Shown here: one piece after another, positions 37,121-46,939 of the stretch
Numbering within the stretch: the stretch's first letter is position 1
Layout: each line of letters starts with the position of its first letter
From: a virus
Taxonomy: Duplodnaviria > Caudoviricetes
DNA: 64,000 nt
Reading direction: 5' to 3' (one strand)
Virus record (IMG/VR): IMGVR_UViG_3300042545_000821
Location: 1 to 64,000 of that record
The notes under the pieces: model-generated
Told to the model about the DNA's origin: nothing
What the model saw: the letters and a program-made list of their open reading frames with translations, nothing else
The model's database searches: none
Program-made: the position numbers and the translations under genes

Positions 37121-38922
37121 GGCGTTGTCGTCCCTGTGCTTGCAGTTTTACTTGCGTTTGGATCAACTTCAGGTATTGCAGCATCTTCTTTGTTTTTAGC
37201 CTTTAAGAACTCATCAACAGCCGCACCTGATGGGTATCTCAAGAAACTAATGCTGACTACTGAAAGCATCGGCACCATTTTGTCGGTAAAGACAACGTGG
37301 TCTACTGATATGTTTTGTAAAGAGCCATAATATCGCATATTATCGTGAAGAACAAACCAAAGAGGTACGCCGGTTATGTAACCTTTATCTGCAGACTCTC
37401 CATCATAGGTAAGCAAAGAGTTACCCTTCATATCTCTATTTCCATTAACAGATCTATATAAAAACTCAAGGTCGTACTCAGTACCGCGCAGTAAAATGCC
37501 CTCAACTTCTTCTTTAGATAGCTGTCTAGGGTAGTTTCTTGAGTGTAATGTTGGCGCTGCTTTTAGTGGCATTAACTCAGTCATATCGGCAATTCTATTT
37601 AAATACAAAGTAAAATTGACGGCAATATTTCCAGCAATAAGGTTTGCGGGGTCTTGAGTAGATAAGGTCCAGTCAATAGAGGTATTCATAGGAATGCTAT
37701 AGTTAATGCTTTGAGGGTTGTACATAAATTTAAAGCCAAAAATAGGTACTTTACCCTTTGTTTGAGTGGCTACGTTTAAAGATTCTGCAGCTCCTTGGCT
37801 TTGAAAAATACGGCCAAGGTTATTTCTACTATCTACAAATTGACTAAATACCGAGTTTGCTTTAAAGGTATCAATAACAATGCTTTTATTTTCACGCATG
37901 GCAGTTTCGTAATCAGCGACACGTATTCCATGGGATATACCCCTAGACACATAATGTGCAGGTGGGTTGTACGTAATACTATCTGTGCTGGGTATAGTTA
38001 ATCCACCCTCTGGTGGTTCAGGGGTAGGGGCTACTGGCTCTTCACAGTTTGCAGAATTAGCTTTAAGAAGCAATTGTTTAGCGTATTTCTCACTAGGTTG
38101 TTTTACAGGTGAGCCAACTAATGTTCCGGCCGTGTCAAATCTGTATAAAATCCAACTACTAGCTGTTCCCGCTGGGTAACCCGCAACCTGCGTAAATAGT
38201 ATTTTTAAAGCTAACCATTGTTTTTTACACGCATCGTAAACTATGTTATATTGATAATCTGGCACATTAGGTTTTTCAGAGTAGTCATAGTACGAAGTTC
38301 TAGTTCCTGCTAGAGGGGGGCTTGGGACTGCCCACGTAGTTCCAGGAAACATAGCATCAATAATTAATTTAAAAGGTTTAGTTGGCTTAGTTGCTGCGAC
38401 AGTAAAGTTAACAGCTGGTACTTTTCCTTTACGGTCATAATTAACGGCATCAGCGGGCAGCGGCGTAGATGATCCAACCTTAACACTTATTACTGGCTTA
38501 GCAGTAGTCTGTACGTCAGAAGTAACATTAAACCAAAATACTGTGCCAGAACCTCCACCTACGTTTCGTTCTGGTTCTTGTTTTATTCCAGTTATTTTTC
38601 CCTTAAAATTTGCGTTGGCAGTTGCAGTTACGTTAACGCCACCTTCTTCGTTATCGCCAAGAAAATTAATAGCCAATTGGTTGCCTTGTTGGGGAGTTCT
38701 TTTATAGACCCTAATTCTATATTGAACAGTATTTCGTGTGTTTACCTGTTTTCCATCAGAAGGTATTAAAACCCACTCATTACTATAATAAAAGTCAACT
38801 GTTTCTCGGCCACCAGATGCCGTTGAGTTTGAGCCTGCTGCAGAAACAGAGTAGGTTATAGGACTTATATCTGAGTACTCATACGCTTGAACTGTGTAAT
38901 AAAAGTCAGCTGCTGAAGTCAT
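37117..38922 (-). CDS. Tail tube initiator-like protein with long N-terminal extension
   Basis: FKFMYNPQSINYS and C-terminal G.L..ISV.H..F...MVP pattern; between tape measure and LysM genes. Confidence 0.55.
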   Translation of the reverse strand: MTSAADFYYTVQAYEYSDISPITYSVSAAGSNSTASGGRETVDFYYSNEWVLIPSDGKQVNTRNTVQYRIRVYKRTPQQGNQLAINFLGDNEEGGVNVTATANANFKGKITGIKQEPERNVGGGSGTVFWFNVTSDVQTTAKPVISVKVGSSTPLPADAVNYDRKGKVPAVNFTVAATKPTKPFKLIIDAMFPGTTWAVPSPPLAGTRTSYYDYSEKPNVPDYQYNIVYDACKKQWLALKILFTQVAGYPAGTASSWILYRFDTAGTLVGSPVKQPSEKYAKQLLLKANSANCEEPVAPTPEPPEGGLTIPSTDSITYNPPAHYVSRGISHGIRVADYETAMRENKSIVIDTFKANSVFSQFVDSRNNLGRIFQSQGAAESLNVATQTKGKVPIFGFKFMYNPQSINYSIPMNTSIDWTLSTQDPANLIAGNIAVNFTLYLNRIADMTELMPLKAAPTLHSRNYPRQLSKEEVEGILLRGTEYDLEFLYRSVNGNRDMKGNSLLTYDGESADKGYITGVPLWFVLHDNMRYYGSLQNISVDHVVFTDKMVPMLSVVSISFLRYPSGAAVDEFLKAKNKEDAAIPEVDPNASKTASTGTTTP

Positions 38923-41900
38923 TAGTATGTCCCTATTCCATTTAAGCGTAGTTCGTCTTCTAGCACTTTTTTAAATTTCCTAACCATAGCCTCAGCTTCA
39001 GCATTACTTGCTTGGGCTATTTGAACATGCATTGTTACGTTTATGTCTTGCTTTGAGGCTGTAGAGAAGCTAGACGTACTACGTGAGCTGTTAACAGCTT
39101 GTGCGCCAGTGGTTGCCCCAAGAGACATAGACTGCGCAGATCCAATATTCTCAGACCCACCAATACCATTGTCTGCCCCACCAATACCTGCAGCTTTCTG
39201 TGTTGTTGCGGCATCATCTAAGAACTTAGTAAACGTGCCGCTAGTAAAGGTTGTCCAACCTTTCCAATGCTTTCCTTGGTTACTTTTTTCATAGCCAGCG
39301 GCAATATTATACTCTGCATTTTTTAATCTACTGCCGTCACGATAAGGGTCGTTATAAGCTTTCCAATCTTTTAAAGATCTAATTTGGAAAGCACCGTAGC
39401 TAGGGCCCCATTTTTTAGACACTAAATGCTTATCACCAACCGCGTCTGCCCTACCACCAGACTCAGCCAAAGCAACAGCAAAAGCAGTTTGAAGTGCCGC
39501 CCCTCGGAAACCTTGTGCATGAAGCATTCTCATTAACCCTTTGCGGCTTCCCCCGGTCATGCCGGCGCTATCTCCTGAAACTGGGTTCTCTTCTGAGTTA
39601 AAGATTGCTGTTCCTCGTTTTTTACCTAAACCTACTTTACCGCCGCCCTTATCTAGGTAACTATTAACGTCGTCCCAACCTACCGGACTTCCAGAACTTA
39701 TTTTGCTTTTTACTAAGGCGCCTAGCTCAGCGGAGTTTAGGTCAGATATTGAATTAAATGTAAAAGGCCTTCCGCTTCCCGATACATCTGAGTAAGGTAG
39801 CTCTTTATTAAATACCCTATTAATTACGCGCTTACCTATGTTAATTCCGCTAGTAACCATATTTTTAATAAATTGAAATGCTTTGCCAAAGAATGATCTA
39901 GGGTCTTTTCTTCCTTGAGCACCTACACCACCATGGTCTCTAACCTCAAAGTGAAGGTGGGGACCAGTTGAGGTTCCTGCTCCTGAAGAGCCTTTAGCTC
40001 CACCAGACTTTGCAACTTCTTGCCCGCTAGTAACTTTGTCGCCTTTTTTAACAAGAATTTTACTAAGGTGAGCGTACATAGTTGACTTGCCGCCAGCATG
40101 TTTAATAATTAAATATCGTCCGTATTGACGGTGCATTCCTGTTTCAGAAACTGTTCCATCACCTGCAGCAGCAATAGATGTTCCTACAGGTACGCCGTAG
40201 TCAATACCTGAGTGGTTTGAACTAATTCCTGGGTTTCTTTTAGCTGCATCCGGTCTAGGACCATAAGGAGAAGTTACTTTTGTTCCAGGAGGAACAGGCA
40301 TTTGTAGAATATTTCCTTTTGGTTTTACAGCAGTTGACGCAACGCTCCCACTTGTTGGCATTTCTGGGCCACCCATTCCGTGAGAACAGCCCATTGATCC
40401 GTGGGAACAACCTCCGTCCCCACCTCCCATGCCTCCGTCTTTAACGCCACCAGTTGCTAAGTTTCCAACTCCACCTGCAGCCATTCCTGCAAATGCTCCC
40501 GGAACTCCACCAGCAGCTAATCCCGTAAGTCCGCCTTGACCAATATCAAATGCCATGTTGCCAAGCCATTTAGCCCAACCAGGTAACTTATTACCTTTTT
40601 TATTTAACCACTGCTGTGCTTTTTCCAGTCCCGTGTAGATACCTGCAGCTAATCCAACACGCCCAAACTTTGCTGCTTTAGATCCTTTGGCAAGAATGCC
40701 AGTAGCTTTAAATTTACCTTTACCGGTAAGCATACTCATTAGACCTGCTCCAAGCCCTGTTGCCCCAGCAGCACCCGCAGCACCCGCACCACCACCACCA
40801 GCTGCAGCTGCAGCAGCGCCTGGCCCAATAATTCCAACACGTTTTGCTAAATTAGCGGCTAATAACATTTGACCTATGTTGGCTGCGCCGCCGGCTGCCA
40901 TACCACCAAGATTAGATAGTGTTGCGCCAGTATTACCCGCCCCAGGAAAAGTTTGAAGGGCTCCTTTAAAAGTCATAAGTGCTTGAGTGACTGAGGGAAG
41001 AGCTTCAGCAAGAGAGCTAAATCCATCATTTACAGAGGCAGTAGTTCTAAGGGCTACGTTATAGCCGCCTACTAAACCAGATTCTGTAGCTTGTAACTTT
41101 CTAGCTTCGCTACTATTGTATCTAAACTGTGATCTAATAGGGCTGTCTTTAGCTACACCCATTAAATCTAATGCTTTATTTGAATTGTTTAGGTCGCCTT
41201 TTTTTAATCCCCCACCTTTTGACGCACGAGCAACAATTCCTGCTTGCAATATTCCTAGAAGATTAGGATCTCCACCAGCAACAGCCATAAGAGATTGATA
41301 TCCCTTACTGTTTGGGTTATAGACCATCTGCGCTTGTTCTGCGGTTATTTTCCTACCGCCATATAAAAAGTTATAGGTATCATTAATAACTTGATTCATT
41401 GGTCTTTGATTGCCTTTTGAATCACGAGTTCTTACGCCCATACGTAAGAAACTCATGCCATTCATACCAGCAATAGCGCCAGCTACTTGCTCGTTTGAGC
41501 CTCCGCTTATAGCGCTAAGTCCACCAACTTGACTCATAACGTTTTTAGAGCTTAAACTATTCGCTAAATATCCGCCTTGATACGCAAGAGCTGTGGCAGC
41601 CATAGTAGGGCCCATAGCGCTTGTAGCACCGTTTCCTACTTGTTTATTTGCAAGACCAAGAGCTTTACGTGTAGACATCCCACTTCTACCCGCGTAAGTA
41701 TCCAACGCCATTCTCTGGGTAACAGCTGCCATAGTATCTGGGGCCATTGAGTACGCCAGACCACCAACAGCAGCTGTTGCTAAAGCAGCGCCGCCAACAA
41801 TTTTTTCGGTGCGAGTAAAGCTGCCTAGGCCAAGTTTTTGACTTCCATCATATTTTCCACCAGTAGCGGCAGACATAGCTTTAGCGGCTTTTTCAAAATT

Positions 41901-42035
41901 TTTGGCAAATTTTTCAGACATGTCAACTAACGTCTTCATATCTTTTATAAAGCCTTTACCGGCTTTATCCATCTTACTTGTGGTGCCCGCAGCCTTTTTT
42001 TCGTCGTCAGGGGTCACCAGGTTTTGACCTGCCAT
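38922..42035 (-). CDS. Tape measure protein with M23 peptidase and lysozyme-like domains
   Basis: Ala/Gly-rich helical N-part; HSGIDY, YAHLS, STGPHLHFE; AVALAESGG...YGAFQI. Confidence 0.88.
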   Translation of the reverse strand: MAGQNLVTPDDEKKAAGTTSKMDKAGKGFIKDMKTLVDMSEKFAKNFEKAAKAMSAATGGKYDGSQKLGLGSFTRTEKIVGGAALATAAVGGLAYSMAPDTMAAVTQRMALDTYAGRSGMSTRKALGLANKQVGNGATSAMGPTMAATALAYQGGYLANSLSSKNVMSQVGGLSAISGGSNEQVAGAIAGMNGMSFLRMGVRTRDSKGNQRPMNQVINDTYNFLYGGRKITAEQAQMVYNPNSKGYQSLMAVAGGDPNLLGILQAGIVARASKGGGLKKGDLNNSNKALDLMGVAKDSPIRSQFRYNSSEARKLQATESGLVGGYNVALRTTASVNDGFSSLAEALPSVTQALMTFKGALQTFPGAGNTGATLSNLGGMAAGGAANIGQMLLAANLAKRVGIIGPGAAAAAAGGGGAGAAGAAGATGLGAGLMSMLTGKGKFKATGILAKGSKAAKFGRVGLAAGIYTGLEKAQQWLNKKGNKLPGWAKWLGNMAFDIGQGGLTGLAAGGVPGAFAGMAAGGVGNLATGGVKDGGMGGGDGGCSHGSMGCSHGMGGPEMPTSGSVASTAVKPKGNILQMPVPPGTKVTSPYGPRPDAAKRNPGISSNHSGIDYGVPVGTSIAAAGDGTVSETGMHRQYGRYLIIKHAGGKSTMYAHLSKILVKKGDKVTSGQEVAKSGGAKGSSGAGTSTGPHLHFEVRDHGGVGAQGRKDPRSFFGKAFQFIKNMVTSGINIGKRVINRVFNKELPYSDVSGSGRPFTFNSISDLNSAELGALVKSKISSGSPVGWDDVNSYLDKGGGKVGLGKKRGTAIFNSEENPVSGDSAGMTGGSRKGLMRMLHAQGFRGAALQTAFAVALAESGGRADAVGDKHLVSKKWGPSYGAFQIRSLKDWKAYNDPYRDGSRLKNAEYNIAAGYEKSNQGKHWKGWTTFTSGTFTKFLDDAATTQKAAGIGGADNGIGGSENIGSAQSMSLGATTGAQAVNSSRSTSSFSTASKQDINVTMHVQIAQASNAEAEAMVRKFKKVLEDELRLNGIGTY

Positions 42036-42037
42036 AT

Positions 42038-42196
42038 TTATCTCACCGCCTTAGGTTTCATTGCAGCTTTACTTAACCAAACCATTCTTTCTCTAAAAGA
42101 GAGGGAACGAATATCTGTTAACGTCCATCCTGGATAGTGCTGGGATATAAGATCGTAGCTATCTAGTAGTACGTCGTAACTTGATTCATTCTCGAA
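42038..42196 (-). CDS. Tail assembly chaperone extension (no canonical start; probable frameshift product)
   Basis: +1 frame relative to upstream chaperone: FENESSYDVLLDSYDLISQHYPGWTLTDIRSLSFRERMVWLSKAAMKPKAVR. Confidence 0.65.
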   Translation of the reverse strand, partial: FENESSYDVLLDSYDLISQHYPGWTLTDIRSLSFRERMVWLSKAAMKPKAVR

Positions 42197-43001
42197 ACAA
42201 ATCCGCTAACGTTAGCGGTAGCGACACCTCCTGCTCGCAACTTGAGCATGTTTTTTTAATCTCGCTTAGTTGTGGGCCAGGGTTGCGATTAGTTATTTCT
42301 TCAAGCAATGTTCGTCGATCTTTAATGCTTAAATCACGGATCTGTTGTACGCTCATTACTGGAACCCCATTAATAGAAGCTATGCAGCCTTTGAGCAAGA
42401 TAGTATCTAACTCAGCTGAGTTCTTATTAGTAGCGTTAACTAGTGCTTTTTGGGTTATTCCTGTAGGGAGGTTTAAGACTATTGTTCCAACCTTACAAGT
42501 AACTGTAAACTCTCGGTCTTCTTCATTTAACTTTTTAATTTCAACATCTTTTTCAAGGTCAATTTCAAAAGTCTTTGCTTCGCCACAACTAGGGCACATT
42601 GGGCCAACTTTTACGTCTGGGCCAAATGTAGCAATTCGAATAGCTAACAAAATCATTTCTCGATCTCCCGCAAGAAGAGAGTCTAAAGTCTCTTTGTCAG
42701 CAGGCTTATCGCCAATTTTTACTGTTGCTTTTTCTAGAATAGCTAGGAGCCCTTTACCAGCATCTGTAATTCTGGCAAGTTGTTCCTCGTCTGCTCCAGT
42801 TAATTCTCTAATCTCTACCGTGGTAGTTAGACCATCAAAAGGGTCAAATAATCCACCTGGTAGTTCTACCTGAGTATCAGGAGGTGATGGGATTTCTGTT
42901 TTTGACGCAGCTACCACCACCTCCTGCTCAGATAAAGCCTGGTTTACAAGCTTATTAGCAAGGGTTGGGTCGGATGATGCACTGATAGTTTCTGTAGACA
43001 T
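42186..43001 (-). CDS. Tail assembly chaperone (T4 gp26-like, two CxxC)
   Basis: IRELTGADEE, GDREMILLAIR, CPSC, CSSC; between tube and tape measure genes. Confidence 0.8.
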   Translation of the reverse strand: MSTETISASSDPTLANKLVNQALSEQEVVVAASKTEIPSPPDTQVELPGGLFDPFDGLTTTVEIRELTGADEEQLARITDAGKGLLAILEKATVKIGDKPADKETLDSLLAGDREMILLAIRIATFGPDVKVGPMCPSCGEAKTFEIDLEKDVEIKKLNEEDREFTVTCKVGTIVLNLPTGITQKALVNATNKNSAELDTILLKGCIASINGVPVMSVQQIRDLSIKDRRTLLEEITNRNPGPQLSEIKKTCSSCEQEVSLPLTLADLFRE

Positions 43002-43022
43002 ATAGTTTTCCTATTCCTTTAA

Positions 43023-43658
43023 TTAAGAACCAAAGGTTCCGTTTGCGTTGAATTTCTTAGCTGAACCGCTTTCTGTGTAGTTTGACGCAAAAGTAACGTC
43101 AAACCCTTCATGAACTAGAGTCATTTCTTCAACCATAAGAGTTGAAGATCCTGCGTCTAGGTTGCTGTATCCAAGAGAGGTAATCCATGCATTGTGTACA
43201 CGAAAACGCATAGAAGCATGCTGATCGTATGCTGTTGCTGCTGCTGCAGTACTAGCAGATCCAGCGTATGCTGCTGGGTTTGGATGGCTCAATACTGCGA
43301 TATCAATATCGCAACGGAAGTTAGCACCAATGCCGCTTGTAGCATTTGGTGTTAGTACTGAAAATAGACGGCGCATCCACTTAGCGTGAGCATCATTTCC
43401 CAACATTACGCCCTTTGAAAGGCTAATTGGTCCAAATGAGCTTTGGCCAGGGATCTGGTGCACGTTTGTGTTGTAGCCGCCTTCGCGGTATGCGATTGAC
43501 TCTGTTGTAACGCTTAGGCCGGAGAGTGAAACAAACCCCATTTTTCCAAATGAAGTCCCCCACTTACCGTCAGCGCTTTCTGGCAGAAACTCAACCACAA
43601 ACTTAAAATTACGTACTGGATCTGTTGCCAGAGTACTTAAGGGGTTAGTATAACTCAT
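43023..43658 (-). CDS. Tail tube protein (T4 gp19-like)
   Basis: DPVRNFKF, SGLSVTTESIAYREGG, PGQ, ISLSKG, NAW, EEMTLVHEG. Confidence 0.92.
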   Translation of the reverse strand: MSYTNPLSTLATDPVRNFKFVVEFLPESADGKWGTSFGKMGFVSLSGLSVTTESIAYREGGYNTNVHQIPGQSSFGPISLSKGVMLGNDAHAKWMRRLFSVLTPNATSGIGANFRCDIDIAVLSHPNPAAYAGSASTAAAATAYDQHASMRFRVHNAWITSLGYSNLDAGSSTLMVEEMTLVHEGFDVTFASNYTESGSAKKFNANGTFGS

Positions 43659-43672
43659 TTCTTTTTATCTCC

Positions 43673-45238
43673 TTACGCCGTAGCGTTTCCTGTTAGCTGA
43701 CCAAGTTTGATGACAATAAACTCTGCTGGGTACTCTAGGGCTACGCCAATTTCAATATTAACGCGACCTGAAGTAAGGTCAGAGGCACTGTTTGTTGATG
43801 CATCGCATCGTACATAGAAAGCCTTATCTGGGCTTGACCCACGAAGTCCACCCTGTTGCCAGTATGAACGTAGGAAAGAGCCAAGAGTTACACGAAGCTG
43901 AGACCATAGACGTTCGTCATTGTTCTCAAAAATCGCAAATGAGCTTCTATCTGTCATTTCTTTCTTGATGTATATGAGGGAGCGACGTACGTTAATGTAG
44001 CGGTCTCCCGGGGTGTTATTCATTGTACGTCCGCCCATTACAACAATTCCGGCACCAGGTACTTGACGGATTACGTTAATTGGACGTGATGAGACGTTCA
44101 AAGCGTCTAGTTGAGCATTAGTCAATTGACGTTCTGCAGATACTGCAAGAGCTACGCGGTTTGTATAACCAGCTGGGGTCTTGAATACTCCACGAGAAGC
44201 GTCAGTTGCTAAATACTGGCCTACCATCGCTGCACCAGGTGCTTGATTGCGAGTTGCAGTAGATGAGGCACGAAGTGTGTCTGGAATTGCTACCCATGGG
44301 TAGTAGACCGCGGCACATCCACCATCAGATGCGGCAATAAATGCTGCAGTTACGTCGTTTGCGTATGTTTGAGCCTCAGTTGGGTTAAGGCCTGCTGGGG
44401 TATCTACAACTGCAAACGCATCTCCACGACCTTCGCAGTAAGCTACAAGATCTGACTGAATGTTAATAGAGAGTGTTCGCTCAGTAGTAGTTCCTGCAGT
44501 ATTGTACAGGTAGGCAGCTTCTGGTACGTTAAATATCAGAGGATTTTCAATTGGATCAAATGTCTCAAGAGCTGTAGAGTACTCAGTTCTTGTTGGTGCA
44601 GATCCGTTAAGGCCTGATATAAGAGTTTTTACTCCGTCAACCTTAGGCATATCGTCCGGAGATACAGAAGCTGAGTTTAGATCAGAAACTATAATAACGC
44701 TAGACTGTGAGTTAATTACTGATACGACATAACGTGGGTCAGTAGTAACCATGCTTAAATCTGTATACTGCTCAAGAATATTAGAGGTTGCGTTTCCACC
44801 AATAGTTGGAGCCCCATATACTACAAGAGAGAACCGATTTACCGATCCCGCAGCTTTTATTTCTACAGATATAGAATTTCCCCAAGTACCAGCGTTTGCA
44901 GCTTTTACTAGAAGGGTGTTTAGGGGGGTAGCCGCACGATCAGTCAAGGTTACTTGAGCTTGTGCAGCACCTGTTCCTACTACACGCTTTACGTATAGTT
45001 GACGGCCGCCATTAGCAAAAAAGTTATAGGCAGCCCAAGTTGTTGAATAGGCGTCTTCTAAAGCTCCAAAAGTCTTGGTAAAATCTGTCCAAGAATTTAG
45101 AAGAACAGGGTTAACTGAAGGTCCTTTTGATAATGGACCCACAAATGCTCCAATAGCGTTTCCGCTATCTGCAAGAGTTACTGCCTGTGGAAGTTCAACT
45201 TCCTGAATGAAAACGCCAGGTCTACTGTATGTAGCCAT
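43673..45238 (-). CDS. Contractile tail sheath protein
   Basis: YSRPGVFIQE, FFANGG, YYPW, RGVFKTPAG, RYINVRR, FENNDERLW, PAEFIVI. Confidence 0.95.
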   Translation of the reverse strand: MATYSRPGVFIQEVELPQAVTLADSGNAIGAFVGPLSKGPSVNPVLLNSWTDFTKTFGALEDAYSTTWAAYNFFANGGRQLYVKRVVGTGAAQAQVTLTDRAATPLNTLLVKAANAGTWGNSISVEIKAAGSVNRFSLVVYGAPTIGGNATSNILEQYTDLSMVTTDPRYVVSVINSQSSVIIVSDLNSASVSPDDMPKVDGVKTLISGLNGSAPTRTEYSTALETFDPIENPLIFNVPEAAYLYNTAGTTTERTLSINIQSDLVAYCEGRGDAFAVVDTPAGLNPTEAQTYANDVTAAFIAASDGGCAAVYYPWVAIPDTLRASSTATRNQAPGAAMVGQYLATDASRGVFKTPAGYTNRVALAVSAERQLTNAQLDALNVSSRPINVIRQVPGAGIVVMGGRTMNNTPGDRYINVRRSLIYIKKEMTDRSSFAIFENNDERLWSQLRVTLGSFLRSYWQQGGLRGSSPDKAFYVRCDASTNSASDLTSGRVNIEIGVALEYPAEFIVIKLGQLTGNATA

Positions 45239-45286
45239 TCGGTTTTACTCCTTAATATGTTAGGTTGTTTACTGTGGGTTCCGAGT

Positions 45287-45886
45287 TTATTGACTGATTG
45301 GTGTGAAATCTGTAAATTGCTCTTGTAGTGTGATGTTTGGTGGTGTTAGCACTTCGTATAGCTGTACAAGCTGAGCTGGGAGGAACTCCGAGCTAACCTG
45401 GACGTTGTAGATATTTTTAAACAAGCGCTTGTCTTGTTCAGTCGTATCTCGTTTTACAAACCCCATCATATCTATCCTGCGTACAGTGCCATCTTCAGGA
45501 ATTACTAGGAGTCCAAATCTTAACGGTAATCTCGTTGGAGCAAATAAAGCATTTATAATTTGTCGATCATGTCTAGGTTGACGAGCATATGTAGTTATTT
45601 GATAGTCTAAATTTACTGGTATTGGGTACCAGGTTGCGTAATCTACGTTTGCACTACCACCTTCAGGAGTATACGGCAAATCTATGTAACCTCTATGAGC
45701 CCTGTCTAGCGACTCAGCAATTCCTACAAGATCGATTGTAATATATGGGTAGCTCTGCTGACGGATTTCATTATCTGGTTGTCCAAACCACACCCCTACA
45801 GGGCGAGTTGCGTTACCAGAGTCAGAAACAGTAATGCCGCTTATTAAAGTTTTTAACGCCTTATCTTCATTAATAATATAGGGCAT
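45287..45886 (-). CDS. Tail terminator / sheath stabiliser-like protein
   Basis: YPYITIDL, PVNLDYQITTY; immediately upstream of sheath gene. Confidence 0.6.
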   Translation of the reverse strand: MPYIINEDKALKTLISGITVSDSGNATRPVGVWFGQPDNEIRQQSYPYITIDLVGIAESLDRAHRGYIDLPYTPEGGSANVDYATWYPIPVNLDYQITTYARQPRHDRQIINALFAPTRLPLRFGLLVIPEDGTVRRIDMMGFVKRDTTEQDKRLFKNIYNVQVSSEFLPAQLVQLYEVLTPPNITLQEQFTDFTPISQ

Positions 45887-46212
45887 TACATTATCCCCGC
45901 TTCCATAAGTTTATCGAACCACTCGTCGCCAAGATCTGGTTCCATTCCACGAATGAAGTCTCTAATAACTGGATTTGGGGGAGTAGAGTCAGTACCGTAT
46001 TCAAGGTCAATTACCTGACCATCTATAGCTTTAGGGTACTTTACAGACCACTTGCCATCGGCTCTATCATTAGAAACAGATAGTTGCATGACAACGGCAA
46101 TAGGCCATCCAGCCTGTTGTGCATATTGTCTAAGGTTAGCGGTTAATACTACTGCTTCTTTAACTGCTGCTTTTGCGTAAGAATCTAAGAGGACTTTAGT
46201 TACTGAGTTCAC
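45886..46212 (-). CDS. Putative neck/tail completion protein
   Basis: LEYGT...PPNPVIR motif resembling HK97 gp10-like proteins. Confidence 0.5.
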   Translation of the reverse strand: MNSVTKVLLDSYAKAAVKEAVVLTANLRQYAQQAGWPIAVVMQLSVSNDRADGKWSVKYPKAIDGQVIDLEYGTDSTPPNPVIRDFIRGMEPDLGDEWFDKLMEAGIM

Positions 46213-46370
46213 TTCTTCTTAACCGCCGCAGTCAATACATACCCCGCAACAAATCCAGCTAAGAATCTCTTCTTACCCTTTTTGTCGTCAAAAGCTGTAA
46301 GGCCGCGAACGAACTCTACTCGGTCTGCATCAGACTGAGCTTGGTATAGCCGTTTGGCTAGAAGTATCAT
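46209..46370 (-). CDS. Small hypothetical protein (53 aa) with hydrophobic C-terminus
   Basis: Hand-translated MILLAKRLYQAQSDADRVEFVRG...FLAGFVAGYVLTAAVKKK; GGAGG RBS. Confidence 0.65.
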   Translation of the reverse strand: MILLAKRLYQAQSDADRVEFVRGLTAFDDKKGKKRFLAGFVAGYVLTAAVKKK

Positions 46371-46447
46371 AGTAAATCCTCCAATAGAAGGCGCAGGTTA
46401 AGCAGCAGGGTTCCGGGTTTCCCCGGCGTCACTTCAAAGGATAAATG

Positions 46448-46469
46448 AAAAAGGCCCCTTTCGGGGCCT
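46448..46469 (-). terminator. Rho-independent terminator
   Basis: AGGCCCC-GAAA-GGGGCCT followed by a T-tract on the minus strand. Confidence 0.8.
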
Positions 46470-46500
46470 AAGTCATTATTTTTTTTAATAATTTTGGGGT

Positions 46501-46644
46501 TTACATGCCCTTTTTTCTGACCATATTGGACTTCTTAGCCTTACTTTTAGAGTCCTTCTTTTTGTCATATTTTTTATTTGCGGCTTCTATAGTCTTTTGG
46601 CCATGCTTATTCTTAGGCATTCCGCAGCCACAAGTAGAGCACAT
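46501..46644 (-). CDS. Small basic protein with N-terminal CxxCGC
   Basis: Hand-translated MCSTCGCGMPKNKHGQK...RKKGM; TAATG coupling. Confidence 0.7.
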   Translation of the reverse strand: MCSTCGCGMPKNKHGQKTIEAANKKYDKKKDSKSKAKKSNMVRKKGM

Positions 46645-46805
46645 TACTTCTTCTTCTTTCGTAGGGCGGCAAAGTCAGATCCCTCTAGCTTGCCATCTTT
46701 GTCCGCGTCAAGCTTCTTCTGCTTAGGGGACATCTTCTTTGCAGACTTCTTTGCAGTCTTTTTGCACTTACCTTTACAGCCTGGCTTTCCGCATACTTTA
46801 CACAT
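46644..46805 (-). CDS. Small basic protein with Cys4 N-terminus and EF-hand-like loop
   Basis: MCKVCGKPGCKGKC...LDADKDGKLEGSDFAALRKKKK; TAATG coupling. Confidence 0.7.
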   Translation of the reverse strand: MCKVCGKPGCKGKCKKTAKKSAKKMSPKQKKLDADKDGKLEGSDFAALRKKKK

Positions 46806-46939
46806 TATTTCTTACCTTTCTTAGGTTTAGCGACTTTGTCTTTTCCTTTACCTTCAGGCACACAGTTTGGCACCTTCTTACCGTTTTGATTCTTCATACC
46901 AACCTGTACGTATCCGTCCCAGCAAGGATTCTTAGCCAT
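46805..46939 (-). CDS. Small basic protein with CWxGY...VPNCVP motif
   Basis: MAKNPCWDGYVQVGMKNQNGKKVPNCVPEGKGK...; TAATG coupling. Confidence 0.7.
   Translation of the reverse strand: MAKNPCWDGYVQVGMKNQNGKKVPNCVPEGKGKDKVAKPKKGKK

Noticed and set aside
42181-42873. Long plus-strand ORFs (e.g. 230 aa here, 196 aa at 46739-47329)
   Set aside because: Antisense shadows of well-supported minus-strand genes, with no recognisable motifs
29008-45886. Extracellular contractile injection system or tailocin in a bacterial chromosome
   Set aside because: Contiguous with phage replication, recombination and neck genes, all on one strand, with no host housekeeping genes
45276-46425. Shared CGGAACCC upstream of the sheath gene and the 46370 gene as a late promoter
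   Set aside because: Only two 8-nt copies and no consistent second box; chance cannot be excluded. The CCGGG-GAAA-CCCGG hairpin near 46415 is likely a simple 5' stabiliser
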